Shown here in pieces: positions 1 to 54,779 of a DNA stretch of 64,000 nt. Position 1 is the first letter of the stretch; the number at the start of each line of letters is the position of its first letter. Both the position numbers and the translations under genes were made by a program. The notes beneath the pieces are model-generated. The model was not told the origin of the DNA. It saw only the letters and a program-made list of their open reading frames with translations, and did not search any database. The stretch comes from the human T2T-CHM13v2.0 reference genome, Homo sapiens. Where the stretch lies: assembly GCF_009914755.1 (NCBI RefSeq), contig NC_060929.1; one strand, 5' to 3'.

Positions 1-2222
1 TAACTCAGTCCTACAAGGTGTTTAGTAAAAAACAAGGACAAAGAAGACTTGTTTTTTTCTTCCCCAAATCTTTGGTTTTACAAACAATGAGATTTGTGTC
101 TCCTGGTTTTTGCCTTTTAATTCAATTCAGCAATAAGGTGAATGGGAAGGATTTGTATGTAATTTGTCTTGGAGGCTTAATTTCTCTTTGAAATAGTATT
201 GTATGGGTCTAATGAGGATGATTGAGGAACGGATGGTCAAACAAGATAAAGGGAAGGAGTGGAAGAATTAGGTAAAATACAAGAGTAGGGGGTGGAGTTT
301 GGATAAATGGGTCTAGGATTATAGGAGTTCTACTTCTAAAACTATAAAATCTTATCTGGAATTTTAAGAAACTTAACTGTCTGTGACATTGGAATCATCC
401 AAAATGCTGAGTGGAATTTTCTTATTTCTTAGATAATAATTTGAGGACAGAGTTGTAGGAAAATTGAACAAAAGCTCCCTCTAAAAAAAAAGGTTAAAAA
501 TTTAGATTTTTATTTTGCGAGTATTCACAATCTGCATGTAATCACTTTGAGAGAAACTTCAGTGTATCTTTTTAGCATGAGAAGAAACACAGGACCTTTC
601 TATATGGTCTGTATGTTGATAGTCAAATAGAAGAGTTCTGCGAGCCCAACTGATTTTTAATAATGGTGGTTAAGCCTATGTATGAATAGATTTGATTTTC
701 TTCTGCATAAGTTGTATAGTTAAAATTATTTATTGGAAGATGGTTTTGGAGAACAGTCTTTGAGAGTAAAGTTCGTATATTCATAAGAATTGAATTTCCT
801 GTGCTGAGTTTAGTAGGTTCAGTGCTCCTGCAGATGGCAGTATTTATACTAATTAAACTTAATCCATGCTGTAACTTCCTTAACCAAATGAATTTTTCCA
901 TTGCTTTCTTTCAACATTAGGGAAAATAAAATTATACATATAACTTTATTCAACATGCTTTCATGATCCAATGTTTTTATTTTAGTTTAAAAGTTAATAG
1001 AAAGTTTACTTTATTCTTTATATAAAATAGTAATTAAGAAATAAAGGTACTTTTCAATAATTGACACTATTTTTGTTTGCTTGTGTGAACATAGTTAAAT
1101 TGTATACAAACCCAGGAGTTTAATTTTACTTTTAGTCTCAGAGGTAGGAGAAATTTTTTTCCTGTCCTTTAGTGGGGAAAATAGTTTATTGTTACTATTT
1201 TTAATTTTTATAGAGTACCAACTAAGCTTAGTTTTTTCAGCTGAAAAAAATAAAAAAGTAAAAATTATTGCCCCTATACTTTTCTTCAGACTTTGGCCTT
1301 TTCCTCTAAAAGTTTTTAATTTTCTCAGTTAATCAGTTTTAGTTTTCCAGCTTTTCTTTTCATTCCCTTTTTAAAAATCACCATTGTAATGCATCATGAT
1401 GAGTCTTCATTCTTCTAAGAACTGTACATAATTTTCATTCTTTAATACAAGTACTACTTCTTTAGTTAGCTTAAATGATAGAAGTTTCTGCAGCCATCAG
1501 CCCAAGTAGTCATTAGTGGTATTAAAGGGGCTGTATGTTTCTTAATGTTTTAGCCTGCTTCCACAGTGTTCTAAGGCCATGGGGTTCCATAGAGCAGGCA
1601 CTAAACATGGATATTTTGGCATTAGTGAAATGCTACCTTCCTCTTCATCTTTGCCTTTCTTTTATTTAAAGTATTATTTGCAGTGGAATATTTGGATCCA
1701 TCTCATACCTTACTTTCTTCCTCTCCTCACCACCCCTAGCTTATTCCTTTTTTACTTCTGCATGGTTGTACTCCATGCCTCAGCTCCTGCATGTAGTTTC
1801 AACTTAGCGGCAGCATAGAGAAAGTGTCTTGTCAGTGTCATGCTGCATCTGCCTTTTACTGGTATCTAAGCAACAGCAGCATGGGTTTGATGTCCTGTGG
1901 GAAAATGTCCCACATGAGAATTTGTTATGTATGTGTAATGAAGGGGCTTTCTTTTGTTGAATTTAAACTCTTAAGACTCCTTCAATATGTTCAGAGCTGG
2001 TTTGATAAAAAGGTAATTGATGGTATCATTTAGAATTAGTGTCATTGGATTTGGCAGCACTTCCCACAAAATGTCAAACAGAAAGAAATTTTACTCCATT
2101 CTTGGTCTTTTTCATTGGAAATAGCATTCTAAATTGTAGTGGTAAATTATTTCCCTGAATCCCAGTGGTAGCCGACATACAATGGCAGCTTTCCAACGTA
2201 TGCTTGCTTATCCATTTTACAG

Positions 2223-44510
<42,288 letters not shown>

Positions 44511-45353
44511 TTCTAAATACTCTTCCATAGGGGCATCTATTCAAAATGCTTGCATGAGCCAATTTTCAGGTTTTTACATATATGTGCATTAGTCAACCTA
44601 TTGCGAAACCATCTGACAAACAGAAGGAGAAGCATTTGTGAACAGTTTCTGAACAGAACACTTTGGAAATATTTATGCTTTTCTTTGTGTGGCATGACTG
44701 ACATACATACTCAAATATAGGCTGTCTCTAGTAAATCTTAAAATCTTGAAGCTAAAATTTATCCTTTTATGAGGTGTGGAAGTCAGTGACTTGGTGACGT
44801 TCTTCCTAGCAGTGTTAATACATGCAAGAAGTAAGAGCATTTGTGGCTTGAACTTGCCAGATGCAAATACCACAGACTCCAAGAAAACCCGAGTTGGGGT
44901 TTGTTTTGTTTTGATTTTTTTTTTTTAAAGCGGGTAAAAGAGAAAACACTGAAAATTGAATTCTTATCTTCCAGAGGCTACAATTATTATAATGGACAAT
45001 ACTTTTACCTTTGTCTCTAAAGATCAGATTAGTTTTATTTGTTCACTTACGTGCTTTGATTATCCCCTCTGAATTATAGACCGAGTCTTGTTGTTTAGCC
45101 TAAGAGAAGATTTATGTAGTAATTTCTTCTCAGGTATGGAACCACGGTCATAACTAACATGTTGGCCAGAATAGAACCACTGGTTAAACATATTTTATTC
45201 ACCATTAAGTGATCTTTATCAATATTCTGGATTAGACAACAAATTACCTTTCTGGGTGTTTCTTGTAAACTATACTCCTGTTTGAATGTTAAACTTTGTT
45301 GCTAAAGTTTAATTTTAAGATGTTTGAATGTTCAGTTTATGTATTTGAACTAC

Positions 45354-45359
45354 AATAAA
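45354..45359 (+). terminator. TCERG1 proximal poly(A) signal AATAAA
   Basis: Canonical hexamer about 850 nt after the stop, upstream TGTA and downstream U/GU-rich tract. Confidence 0.75.
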
Positions 45360-45814
45360 CCAACCCTTTTTATATATCTGTATTGTATATGATTATTGTT
45401 ACTTAATTTTTAAGAGCTTATTTTAATCTGTTTTTAAAAGAAGCAGCAAATAGAATTTCCCACAAAGTAAGTTGACTCTAAATCTTAAGTATTACCTAGT
45501 TTTTAAAGGTTTGAATATAATAATGCAGTATTTGCAGTATAAAAAGGAAGGAATTTGTAGAGAATCATTTTGGTGCTCAAGTCTCTTAGCAGTGCCTTAT
45601 TGCCTCATAGCAAGAAGATGCTGGGGTTTTTTTTGTTTTTGTCCTTTGTATTAATGTATGATGGTTTGCGCCTTTTTGGCATTCTTTCAACATGTCGTGT
45701 ACATCACACCATGAATCAGTTCCTAATTGATATATCTAGCTTTACCTCCCGAGTTAAAAAAAAAATCTTTTTATTTTATGCCTTCATAGGTTGCTCGTTT
45801 CAGAGTGCCACATA

Positions 45815-45820
45815 AATAAA
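45815..45820 (+). terminator. TCERG1 distal poly(A) signal AATAAA
   Basis: Second canonical hexamer with U-rich downstream sequence, before the AluJ at 46093. Confidence 0.7.
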
Positions 45821-46092
45821 ATGTTTAACAAAATATATATGTTAATAGAATAATTTATTTTCCATTATCTCATACCGACTATGATTGTAACAAATCCTAG
45901 AAAGAAGGAATACCAACAGATCTGTATTTGTATGTTGTGTGTATACAGTCACAGACACACACATTCACATCCATGTTATATAGTTCATAGCTTAAATCTA
46001 TTAAGTGCCATGGAAATTTTGTGAACTCTTTATGTAGGAACCTGGCATTGATCAGACTAAGGTCTTCAGCTGTAAAGTTGATAAACAGGATA

Positions 46093-46387
46093 TGTTTTTT
46101 CTTTTTATGCGTACAAAGGATCTTACTCTGTCTCCTAGGCTGGGGTGCAGTGGTGCCATCATAGCTCACTGTAACTTTGAACTCCTGGTTTCAGTGATCC
46201 TTCTGAGTAGCTGAGACTGCAGGCATGCATTACCATGTCTGGCTTTTTTTTTTTTCTTTTTAAAATTTTTTTGGAAATGGTTTCACTCTGTTGCCCAGGC
46301 TGGCCTCAAACTCCTAGCCTCAAGCCATTCTCCCACCTCGGCCACCCAAAGTGCTAGGATTACAGGCGTCAACCGCCACACCTGGCC
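46093..46387 (-). mobile_element. AluJ between the TCERG1 and GPR151 3' ends
   Basis: Diverged antisense dimer. Confidence 0.85.
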
Positions 46388-48725
46388 TTCTTCTGTTTCC
46401 TTTTTTTTCTTTCTTTGAAGTTCATTTTATAAGTTCATTGAGTGATTTTTAAGTACTGTGAGGAATGAAATTGAAGTGCTTGCCAAAAGGAGCACAACTA
46501 TTATGTAGTATGTAGAAATACGACTGTCTCACAAGGGTAAAGTTTCCAGAATGCCTTATTTTGTTATTCTGAATTCCACATAATATTGTTTGCCCACTTA
46601 CTACATTGTTTCTCACAGTAGAGAAGTGAGAAGAAAACAGTTTGGTGATATCTGTTCTAATTTCCTACTTTTGTCTTAAAGTATCTGGGTTTGATCAGAT
46701 AAGATACAAATCAAACTTCTCTAAGCAGATTTTTTAAGGGATCAAGTCGGGACTTAACTTTGTGTATCAGGTTCTTAATGAAAGGTTCATTGTAATTACT
46801 CTTTGTTCCAGTGTCTGCATCTTGATTTGGTGCTTGTTAGCAAACTCTGAAAATCAGTTCACCTTGAGACCTGTTCCAGTGTTAAGGTCAAACAGCCCCA
46901 TAAAGCTCCATTGTTCCTAATAATGATTTTGGAATGATAATTCAAGACAAAGACAGCTTTAAATCTCCAAAAACTATCGGAAGTAAAGCGTAATTATTTT
47001 TATTTCTTTACAAGTTTAAAGTGTCAAACCCTGGAAGCTTACATCCTAAATTTACTACATATAATGAACATAAAAATTATTTATTCAAATAATCACAGAC
47101 AATGATAATCCTTTTTATAACTACCATATCACAAGACAATATTTTGGATTCTTGGGTTAAATTTTACTTTATTTGAATACATGAGCTTCAAATAAAATTT
47201 GTAATGAAGGATGTAAAAAGAATACAGCCCTACCTCCTGTGTTAAAAAGCAAACTATGACCACTTATGAAAAAGCAAAGAATCCGGAAACCCATAGACAA
47301 AAAGCAAAATCTTTTTTTTTCCATAACATATCCTTTATATTTCAGATTCTCCATGGCTTGGTTTGCCCTAAAGGCATTTCTATTCTGAGGGAAACTTTCA
47401 GTGAAAATACCCGAGTTCCATAACAAAGTAATCAAGAATCATGGGTGAATGTCATTATACTTAAAAGGGGCAGAAATATATCATAATCATGTTTTATTGG
47501 GTATGTTTTACCTTGCTATAAAATGAATGGTTATTGCCTGTTACTCAGATTTTACCGTATGTCTGGGTACACAGTTTTACTGCTTTCTGCATTGCCCTTA
47601 TGCTTTTTATTTTGTATTCTTAACCAAATTCTGTCTTGGTTTGTTGAATTTTCTCTTTTTGATATTAATCTCTTTCTCAGGTTGCTAGATTATTTTTATA
47701 ACTTAGCCTATAGTATTTTAAAAGTTGAGTAGGGTTCAAGTTCAATGTTCTGAGTAAGGGTAAGTTTAGTACCATTAACAAGAAAGATCACCATCTCCAT
47801 CTTCTATTTGTATTTGAGGAGTAATCTATACCTATATCATTAACCATGGTTTATCTTGGGAGAAAGGAGATATTAGGAGGAACACATTTCTGCTTATAGA
47901 AAAATAACTTTCCCACATTTTGGAAGTGAAGAGAGGACATTTTTTTAAGTATTTTTTCCCCCATATCAGACTACTGAATGTCATTGGAAAGCTGCTACAA
48001 TTCTTAGACTTAGAAACTGAAGACTCATTCAGGTAGCTTTAAAAAGTTCACTGAAGCAGGCTTTAGTTTAAGTTTGAATTTATTTAAACTTGGCCAGAAC
48101 CAGCCATGGCTTGAAATGAGTCCAGAATTGGAATAAGGTGCTGTTTCTTTTTCTTTGACCTTCAGTCATGAACATTATGATACGGACTTTTCATCAAGTA
48201 AATTAACACTTATTAAGTAAATGAAGAACGCATTAAAATTTATCATTAATGTGTTAAAAATCTCAAGTGAAAGTAGATTTTGAGCTTTGGTTATGTGAAA
48301 TACAATTTAGTAGGTAAAATTAGGACTAGCAGGTCCTGGGTGAAACTGAAGGTAAAGGGGCTCAGCTTTGACAGAACCTCTACTGCAGGCTCCAGCCGGT
48401 CCACTACAGGGCTGGTCCTAGGGGGTACCCAGTAAAACCACTGTGAACAAATGACAGAATAGCCAGGCTGTCTAATCACTTTGACAGCAACATCTTTACA
48501 CAACACTTAAATTGTTTGGGAAGCCAAGTTCTAATTCTGAAACAATTATTACTTCTAACATGGTTCTCTACTTACCACATTGCACATTTGGAAAGTGTAG
48601 ATTGTGAAATATTTTTATAATTCCTAATGGTAATAATTATATCAGTTTGTAAAGTCAGCAATATTGATAAGCAGCAGTACAAGTAAATACAATAATCACA
48701 GTTTGTTTTGCTTTGAAACTTAAAT

Positions 48726-49985
48726 CTATTTAACACCTTCCCCTGTCTCTTGATCTTCATGTTCCCAGGGGATAGGGTCATTGTCCTGTACAGAAGGGAC
48801 TGTGTCCCTCTCATGCCAAAACTGCTCTACGTCAGGAAGGATGGGAATCTCTGCCTTCTCAGTTTTCCCTTTGCCAGAGGAGGGAGAGCTGGGTTTCTCT
48901 TTTTCTGGTATGGATGCTGGGGATTCTGGAGATGGAACCTTGTCAGGAAGACCCTCTGAGTTGCCAGCTGGTGTTTCCTGAGACTCTGAGACAGTTGGAG
49001 GTTTTTTGGTTATCATCCATTTCCATACACCTTTCAAGCCTTCCCTGAACTCTTCCGACATCACAAGAAAAATGAGAGGATTTGCTGAAGAGATGGAAAA
49101 CATCAAGACTTGAGACAGGGCTATGAAACCTTGTGGTGGGGCCGGGCCTGCAGCCTTCAGATGCCATACCCACAGCCAAGCTACCCATTCGGGGAGCCAC
49201 AAGACAGCAGAGATGATGGCAATGCTCAGCAGCATCACTGTGACTTGCTTTGAGCGTATCTGGTTTCTAAGATTTTGAGTCTTAGTTCCTCGTTTTTTAC
49301 ATTGGTCATAAGCTCTCCAGAAATAAAAGCTGGCAAAAAATAATGGAAGGCCAAATGCCAGGAGTGGGTAGAGCTTACCAAACATCGACATAAACTCTTC
49401 AGCCACAGCTGGTACATCCACGAGGCACATTTCCACACCTTCATGATGCCTGATGGTGCTAAAGAACCATTCCGGCAGGGGTAACAGGCTAGCCACAGTC
49501 CAGATGGCCACCAGCACTGACCAGATGGTGTAGTTGTGGATACTCACTTGCTTGGCTGGGTCACTTGCATACATGAAGCATACTTTGGCCACCACAACGA
49601 TTGTCAGGCTCTTGGCTGCCATGCATGTGTGGATAAACCAGTCAGAGGACTTGCAGACAAACCAGCCTAGATCCCAAACACTTTTGGAGTACGCCGTAGC
49701 TCGGATAGGTGCAGAAAACAGCAGGAGGGAGAGATCAGCCAGGCTGAGATTCAGAATCAGGGAGTGGATCATGGATGGCTTTCCTTTCCAAGCATTGTGA
49801 AGGAGGATGCCAATCACACACAGGTTTCCCACGAAGCCCACCAGGCAGACAGCCACCAAGAGAGCCGGGATGATGGTTCTCCAGTCCTGGGAATCAGAGG
49901 GCAGGTACCCTCCGGCAAAGTGGAGGTGAGCAAAGGACACATTCATGCTGCTGGAGTTAGAGTCTGCAAAGGCAGCTGCCAGCAT
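48726..49985 (-). CDS. GPR151: GPR151, intronless orphan class A GPCR (galanin-receptor-like), 419 aa
   Basis: Uninterrupted ORF with 7 hydrophobic segments, GN in TM1, LADL in TM2, WLP in TM6, NPLIF in TM7; true ATG at 49985 (the ORF track's first codon is GTG). Confidence 0.98.
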   Translation of the reverse strand: MLAAAFADSNSSSMNVSFAHLHFAGGYLPSDSQDWRTIIPALLVAVCLVGFVGNLCVIGILLHNAWKGKPSMIHSLILNLSLADLSLLLFSAPIRATAYSKSVWDLGWFVCKSSDWFIHTCMAAKSLTIVVVAKVCFMYASDPAKQVSIHNYTIWSVLVAIWTVASLLPLPEWFFSTIRHHEGVEMCLVDVPAVAEEFMSMFGKLYPLLAFGLPLFFASFYFWRAYDQCKKRGTKTQNLRNQIRSKQVTVMLLSIAIISAVLWLPEWVAWLWVWHLKAAGPAPPQGFIALSQVLMFSISSANPLIFLVMSEEFREGLKGVWKWMITKKPPTVSESQETPAGNSEGLPDKVPSPESPASIPEKEKPSSPSSGKGKTEKAEIPILPDVEQFWHERDTVPSVQDNDPIPWEHEDQETGEGVK

Positions 49986-50350
49986 CACTCTTCACAGCTT
50001 CTTACAGAAGTTAGATTCTTATTTAGGTTTGTCTTTCTGCCTGGGCTCTTTTGCATAGGAAATAAGTACTCTGTCGTCAGTGTCAAATGACACTTCTGGA
50101 TCCTCCCCTTGCTTATTTCCTGAGAGCAGAATGTGGAAGGAGGCTGGCTGTTAAGCTCTTCTCTGCTGCATACAATATACTTGTGACTGTACCGACTGTC
50201 AGATAGCAGGAGCACATGGCTGCTGCTCATTAGCAAGTCTAATACCAAATCGTCAGCCCTGTGGAGTAATACAAATATACCCATAAATGATGAATGAAGA
50301 GAACATACATGTAAGTGGCATGTGTTCCTTGGGGGGTCACTAGAGCCAGT
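49986..50350 (-). promoter_or_regulatory. GPR151 5'UTR and proximal promoter
   Basis: Repeat-free sequence just upstream of the ATG; half-CRE CGTCA at 50075 and 50251, GTGTCA-AA-TGACAC inverted repeat 50080-50093, POU4-like GCTCATTAG 50225-50233. Confidence 0.55.
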
Positions 50351-50419
50351 CAAGGCAATTATTTTCAACCAGCTCTTCCTAAAATCTTGACTGCTGTCTG
50401 TAATTTAGTGAACACTACA

Positions 50420-50555
50420 TCTGAACCAAGTTCTTTGAACTTCACCTGATGGCCCGATCCAGTGGGTCTGGAGTAGGGCCCAAGAAATCATTTCTAACAA
50501 GTTCCCATGAGACTCTGATGCTGCAGGTTGGGAGACCACACTTTGAGAACCACTG
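50420..50555. mobile_element. MER5A fragment
   Basis: TTTCTAACAAGTTCCCA...GATGCTGC...ACCACACTTTGAGAACCACTG. Confidence 0.75.
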
Positions 50556-50978
50556 TTTTAAACTGAGAACTAAAGCTTCCCCTACCCACTCTGCAGAGAT
50601 GAGCTTCCTCTTCTTTTCCCCAACCCTTACAACCACCTCAGTTCCCTCAACAGCTGGCTGAGTTCAAACACAGCTGGATAATGAAAACAAGTTAGAAGTC
50701 CTATTAAAAAAATCTAATTATGGATGACTCTCAGTTTATTCTATTACGAGTTTTTAGAAGCAATTTTACAGCTCCAAATTAGAACTGCTTTACATACTAA
50801 TAAGACTTTTCAACAAGTGATGGTGATGAAGGCAACTGCATGATGAATTAAGCTGCTTTTCAGAGAGCATTCCTAGAGGATTTACCAAGACAAGAGAAAT
50901 GAAAGAAAAATCAATATCTATGTGGAAGGCATTTAAGAGATTTTTTTAAATTATATTTTAAAGTTGGTAAAGATTTTG

Positions 50979-51303
50979 TGCTGGGCACACTGGCTCATGC
51001 CTGTAATCCCAGAATTTGGGGAGGTGGAGGCGGGAGGATTGCTTAAGGCCAGAAGTTCGAGACCAGCCTGGGCAACAAAGTGAGACCCCTGCCCCCACCT
51101 CTACCAAACAAACAAGAAAAAAAAAAAAAAGAAAAAAAAAAAAGTCAGCCATGATGGTGTACACCTGTAGTCCTAGCTACTTAAGAGACTGAGGTGAGAG
51201 GGTTGCTTAAGCCCAGGAGTTCGAGGTTGCAGTGAGCTATGACTGTGCTGCTGCACTCCAACCTGAGTGACAGAGTGATCCTCTGTCTCTAGAAATAAAA
51301 AAA
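50979..51303 (+). mobile_element. AluJ with expanded A-rich linker
   Basis: Sense dimer. Confidence 0.88.
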
Positions 51304-52223
51304 TTCTCAGATAAGATGATTTGGTAGAACTAGCCCTGAAATTTTAAAATAAGCAATGGATACTCTGGGGGGATTAGAGGAGCTCAAAATGTTCAGAGAA
51401 TGGGGTTTGTGGGGTTGATATGAAGATACATGCTACATTGAGTGTGGCTAGTCAGAAAAGCTAAAGCATGATATACAGGAGAGTATGCTGCTGCATTCAG
51501 ATCTCTGGATTCTGGTACTGTGCTTTCACGTTTTTCGCAAGTAAAGAAGGGTCTGACGTTTTAAAATTCTTCAGTGTCCTAGAAAATAAATAAGTAGTGA
51601 TCAGTATAGCTATTGGGACAGTGGTCAGTGGTGCTGGGTTCCTTTGTTTCCATTTCTATTTCCTTTTGCTTTCCTTCCTTTTACCTCTGGGAAGTAGTTG
51701 TTCCTATAGAACAGTAAATTGGGGCAACACCTTATTCCAGCAAGGCACAGTAACTCCCAGTAACTACTTAAGGATGAAATATCCTTGAGTCTCAACAAGC
51801 ATCACTTTTGGGTGTGAAGAGGCCCGCAACGTCTTACAGGGAAGAAAATGGGGGAGGGAGCAGAGTGATGTTTTGCAGATTGTAGACTACAAGGAAGGTA
51901 GTTCACTTGATGTATGTGGAAGAGATTCATTCAGAACCAAGAAACAAATATACTGCTTCACACTGTGGCTTATATATTCAAGATTATGATATTCAAGCCT
52001 CCTGAAGCTGTATAAGATAAAAAGCTAAATGGGTTCAAGCCACCTTTAATACCATGGAAATTTGATTCTTAATAGACAATTGAGGGAAACTAAAGACTGT
52101 CATGTGGTACTTCCCAAGTCTATTGGTACTGACTCAGGGAAGCATCTCCTGGTGCTCCAGCTAGAGATAAAGTCTTTGGACTGAAGGATAATGAACTTTC
52201 TCCACTCTTTTGGGGGAAATTTA

Positions 52224-52623
<400 letters not shown>

Positions 52624-52635
52624 TCACCGATTAAT

Positions 52636-52929
<294 letters not shown>

Positions 52930-53379
52930 GAAAATTTCAACATGTGATTTTGGAGGGCACATAAAGATTCAGACCATACTACCCAAGTTTCACATTTTAC
53001 TTTGAATATTAGCCCTTGTATATCTGAGTATCTGATGGATGTTATATGTGGCTTGTATCTACATTTTCTTCATTTTAAAATTATTTCCGTATAAAGGATA
53101 AATGTAATTAGCAAACATAAAAGAAGTCTTTATTTGCATTATAAGTGGAAGTTATTTGAATCTTTGTTTATAGCATATTCACTTAAAACATAGAATTCAG
53201 TTGTAGATGTGGTGAACATTTGTCAGGTTTCCTTATTTTTATTTATTTTGGGGAGGTGCCTAGTATATGAACCTCTCCTGTTGGATAGAAGGGATTCTGG
53301 GGAAAAATGATATGGATGGGGTGGATAGAGCAGAACAATTAAAAACAATTGAGAATTATTTGAGATGGAAACTGGAAAC

Positions 53380-53760
53380 AACCTCATCCCCACAAAATGC
53401 TGGAAACAACCCAAATGTTTATCAGCTGGTCAATAGATAAACAAGTGGCTACCTTCATGCCATGGAACATTATTCAGCAATAAAAATGAATGATAAATTC
53501 AACAATATGGATGAAAAAAAGCACTATGCTAAATAAAAACATCCAGACCAAAAAAAAAATACCTACAGTAAGATTCCATTAATAGGAAATGTCCAGAAAA
53601 GGCAAATCTATAGAAACAGGAAGTAGAATAGTGGTTCCCTGGGTCCCAAGGTGTGAAAGGGGAGTGACCGCAAATAGGCACAGAGGATATGTTTGGGGTG
53701 ATGAAAATGTTCTATGATTGCATTTTATGGTATGCAAATTATACCTCAATAAAAGCTCTT
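53380..53760 (+). mobile_element. Old L1M(B/C/E) 3' end
   Basis: TGGAAACAACCCAAATGT...TTCAGCAATAAAAA...GGCAAATCTATAGA...TATACCTCAATAAAAG. Confidence 0.8.
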
Positions 53761-53865
53761 TTCAAGAAAGGAGTTATTTGGGATGGAGAAAAGGTAAAGA
53801 GCAGATTTCCCTGCTCTTGAAATGCGGAGTAGCCTCCAGCAGAATGGATATTCTATTCTGAGACT

Positions 53866-54130
53866 TTTTAATTTATTTTTATTTTTATTTTTTCTGAGGG
53901 CTCTGTCGCCCAGGCTGGAGTGCAGTGGCACGATCTCAGCTCACTGCAACCTCAGCCTCTTGAGTAGCTGGGTCTACAGGTGCCCGCCACCATGCCTGGC
54001 TAATTTTTTTGTATTTTTAGTAGAGATGGGGTTTCGCCATGTTGACCAGGCTGGTCTCAAACTCTGACCAAAAGCAATCCACCCACCTCGGCCTCCCAAA
54101 GTGCTGGGATTACAGGCATGAGCCACAACA
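53866..54130 (-). mobile_element. AluS with internal deletion
   Basis: Antisense dimer; CTATTCTGA flanks. Confidence 0.85.
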
Positions 54131-54501
54131 GCCTATTCTGACTGATTTAAAAAAATAGTTTATGAAGAAAGAGACTGTGGCCTAGAGGGACCAAGCGAAA
54201 GGACAGTGCTGGGTGAGAAAGGATATGAGGGGAGCAGGGAGAAAGGGAGACTCAGAACGTAGAGACACAAAATTTGCTGGGTCCCTCTGATGCCTAGTGT
54301 CCCTGGCTTTAAATGGTCTTTCAGAAAAGCCTTCTCTAATTCCACACTTAAGCTAAGGCTGTAGCCACAGAGCAGCTGCCAACCCCAAATGCGTCAGCTG
54401 TGTCACTTTCCTGACACACACACCACTCATAGTGATGTTGCCAGGAGGTTGGCTCTGGACATTGAGAAGCAGTCATCAAACAACTGAACATCTGAGCTGT
54501 A

Positions 54502-54607
<106 letters not shown>

Positions 54608-54779
54608 TCTGCTTTATATGTAAGTTACAGGGGACCTCATTCAGCTTAATCTTCAAAAGAACCCAGAAAAAGCAAGTTTGTGGCCAGACTTTTAAGTGGC
54701 TTCTGGTCAAAACAGGGCTAAGAGTGACCTCTTACTGGGGCTGGGCAAAGTTTACCCTGTAGCTTATTTCCAGAGAAGG

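Noticed and set aside
623-901. 92-aa minus-strand ORF
   Set aside because: No recognisable domain or splice context; antisense to an AT-rich intron
48572-50090. Short ORFs overlapping GPR151 in other frames or antisense
   Set aside because: Expected shadow ORFs of a GC-richer CDS; no independent signals
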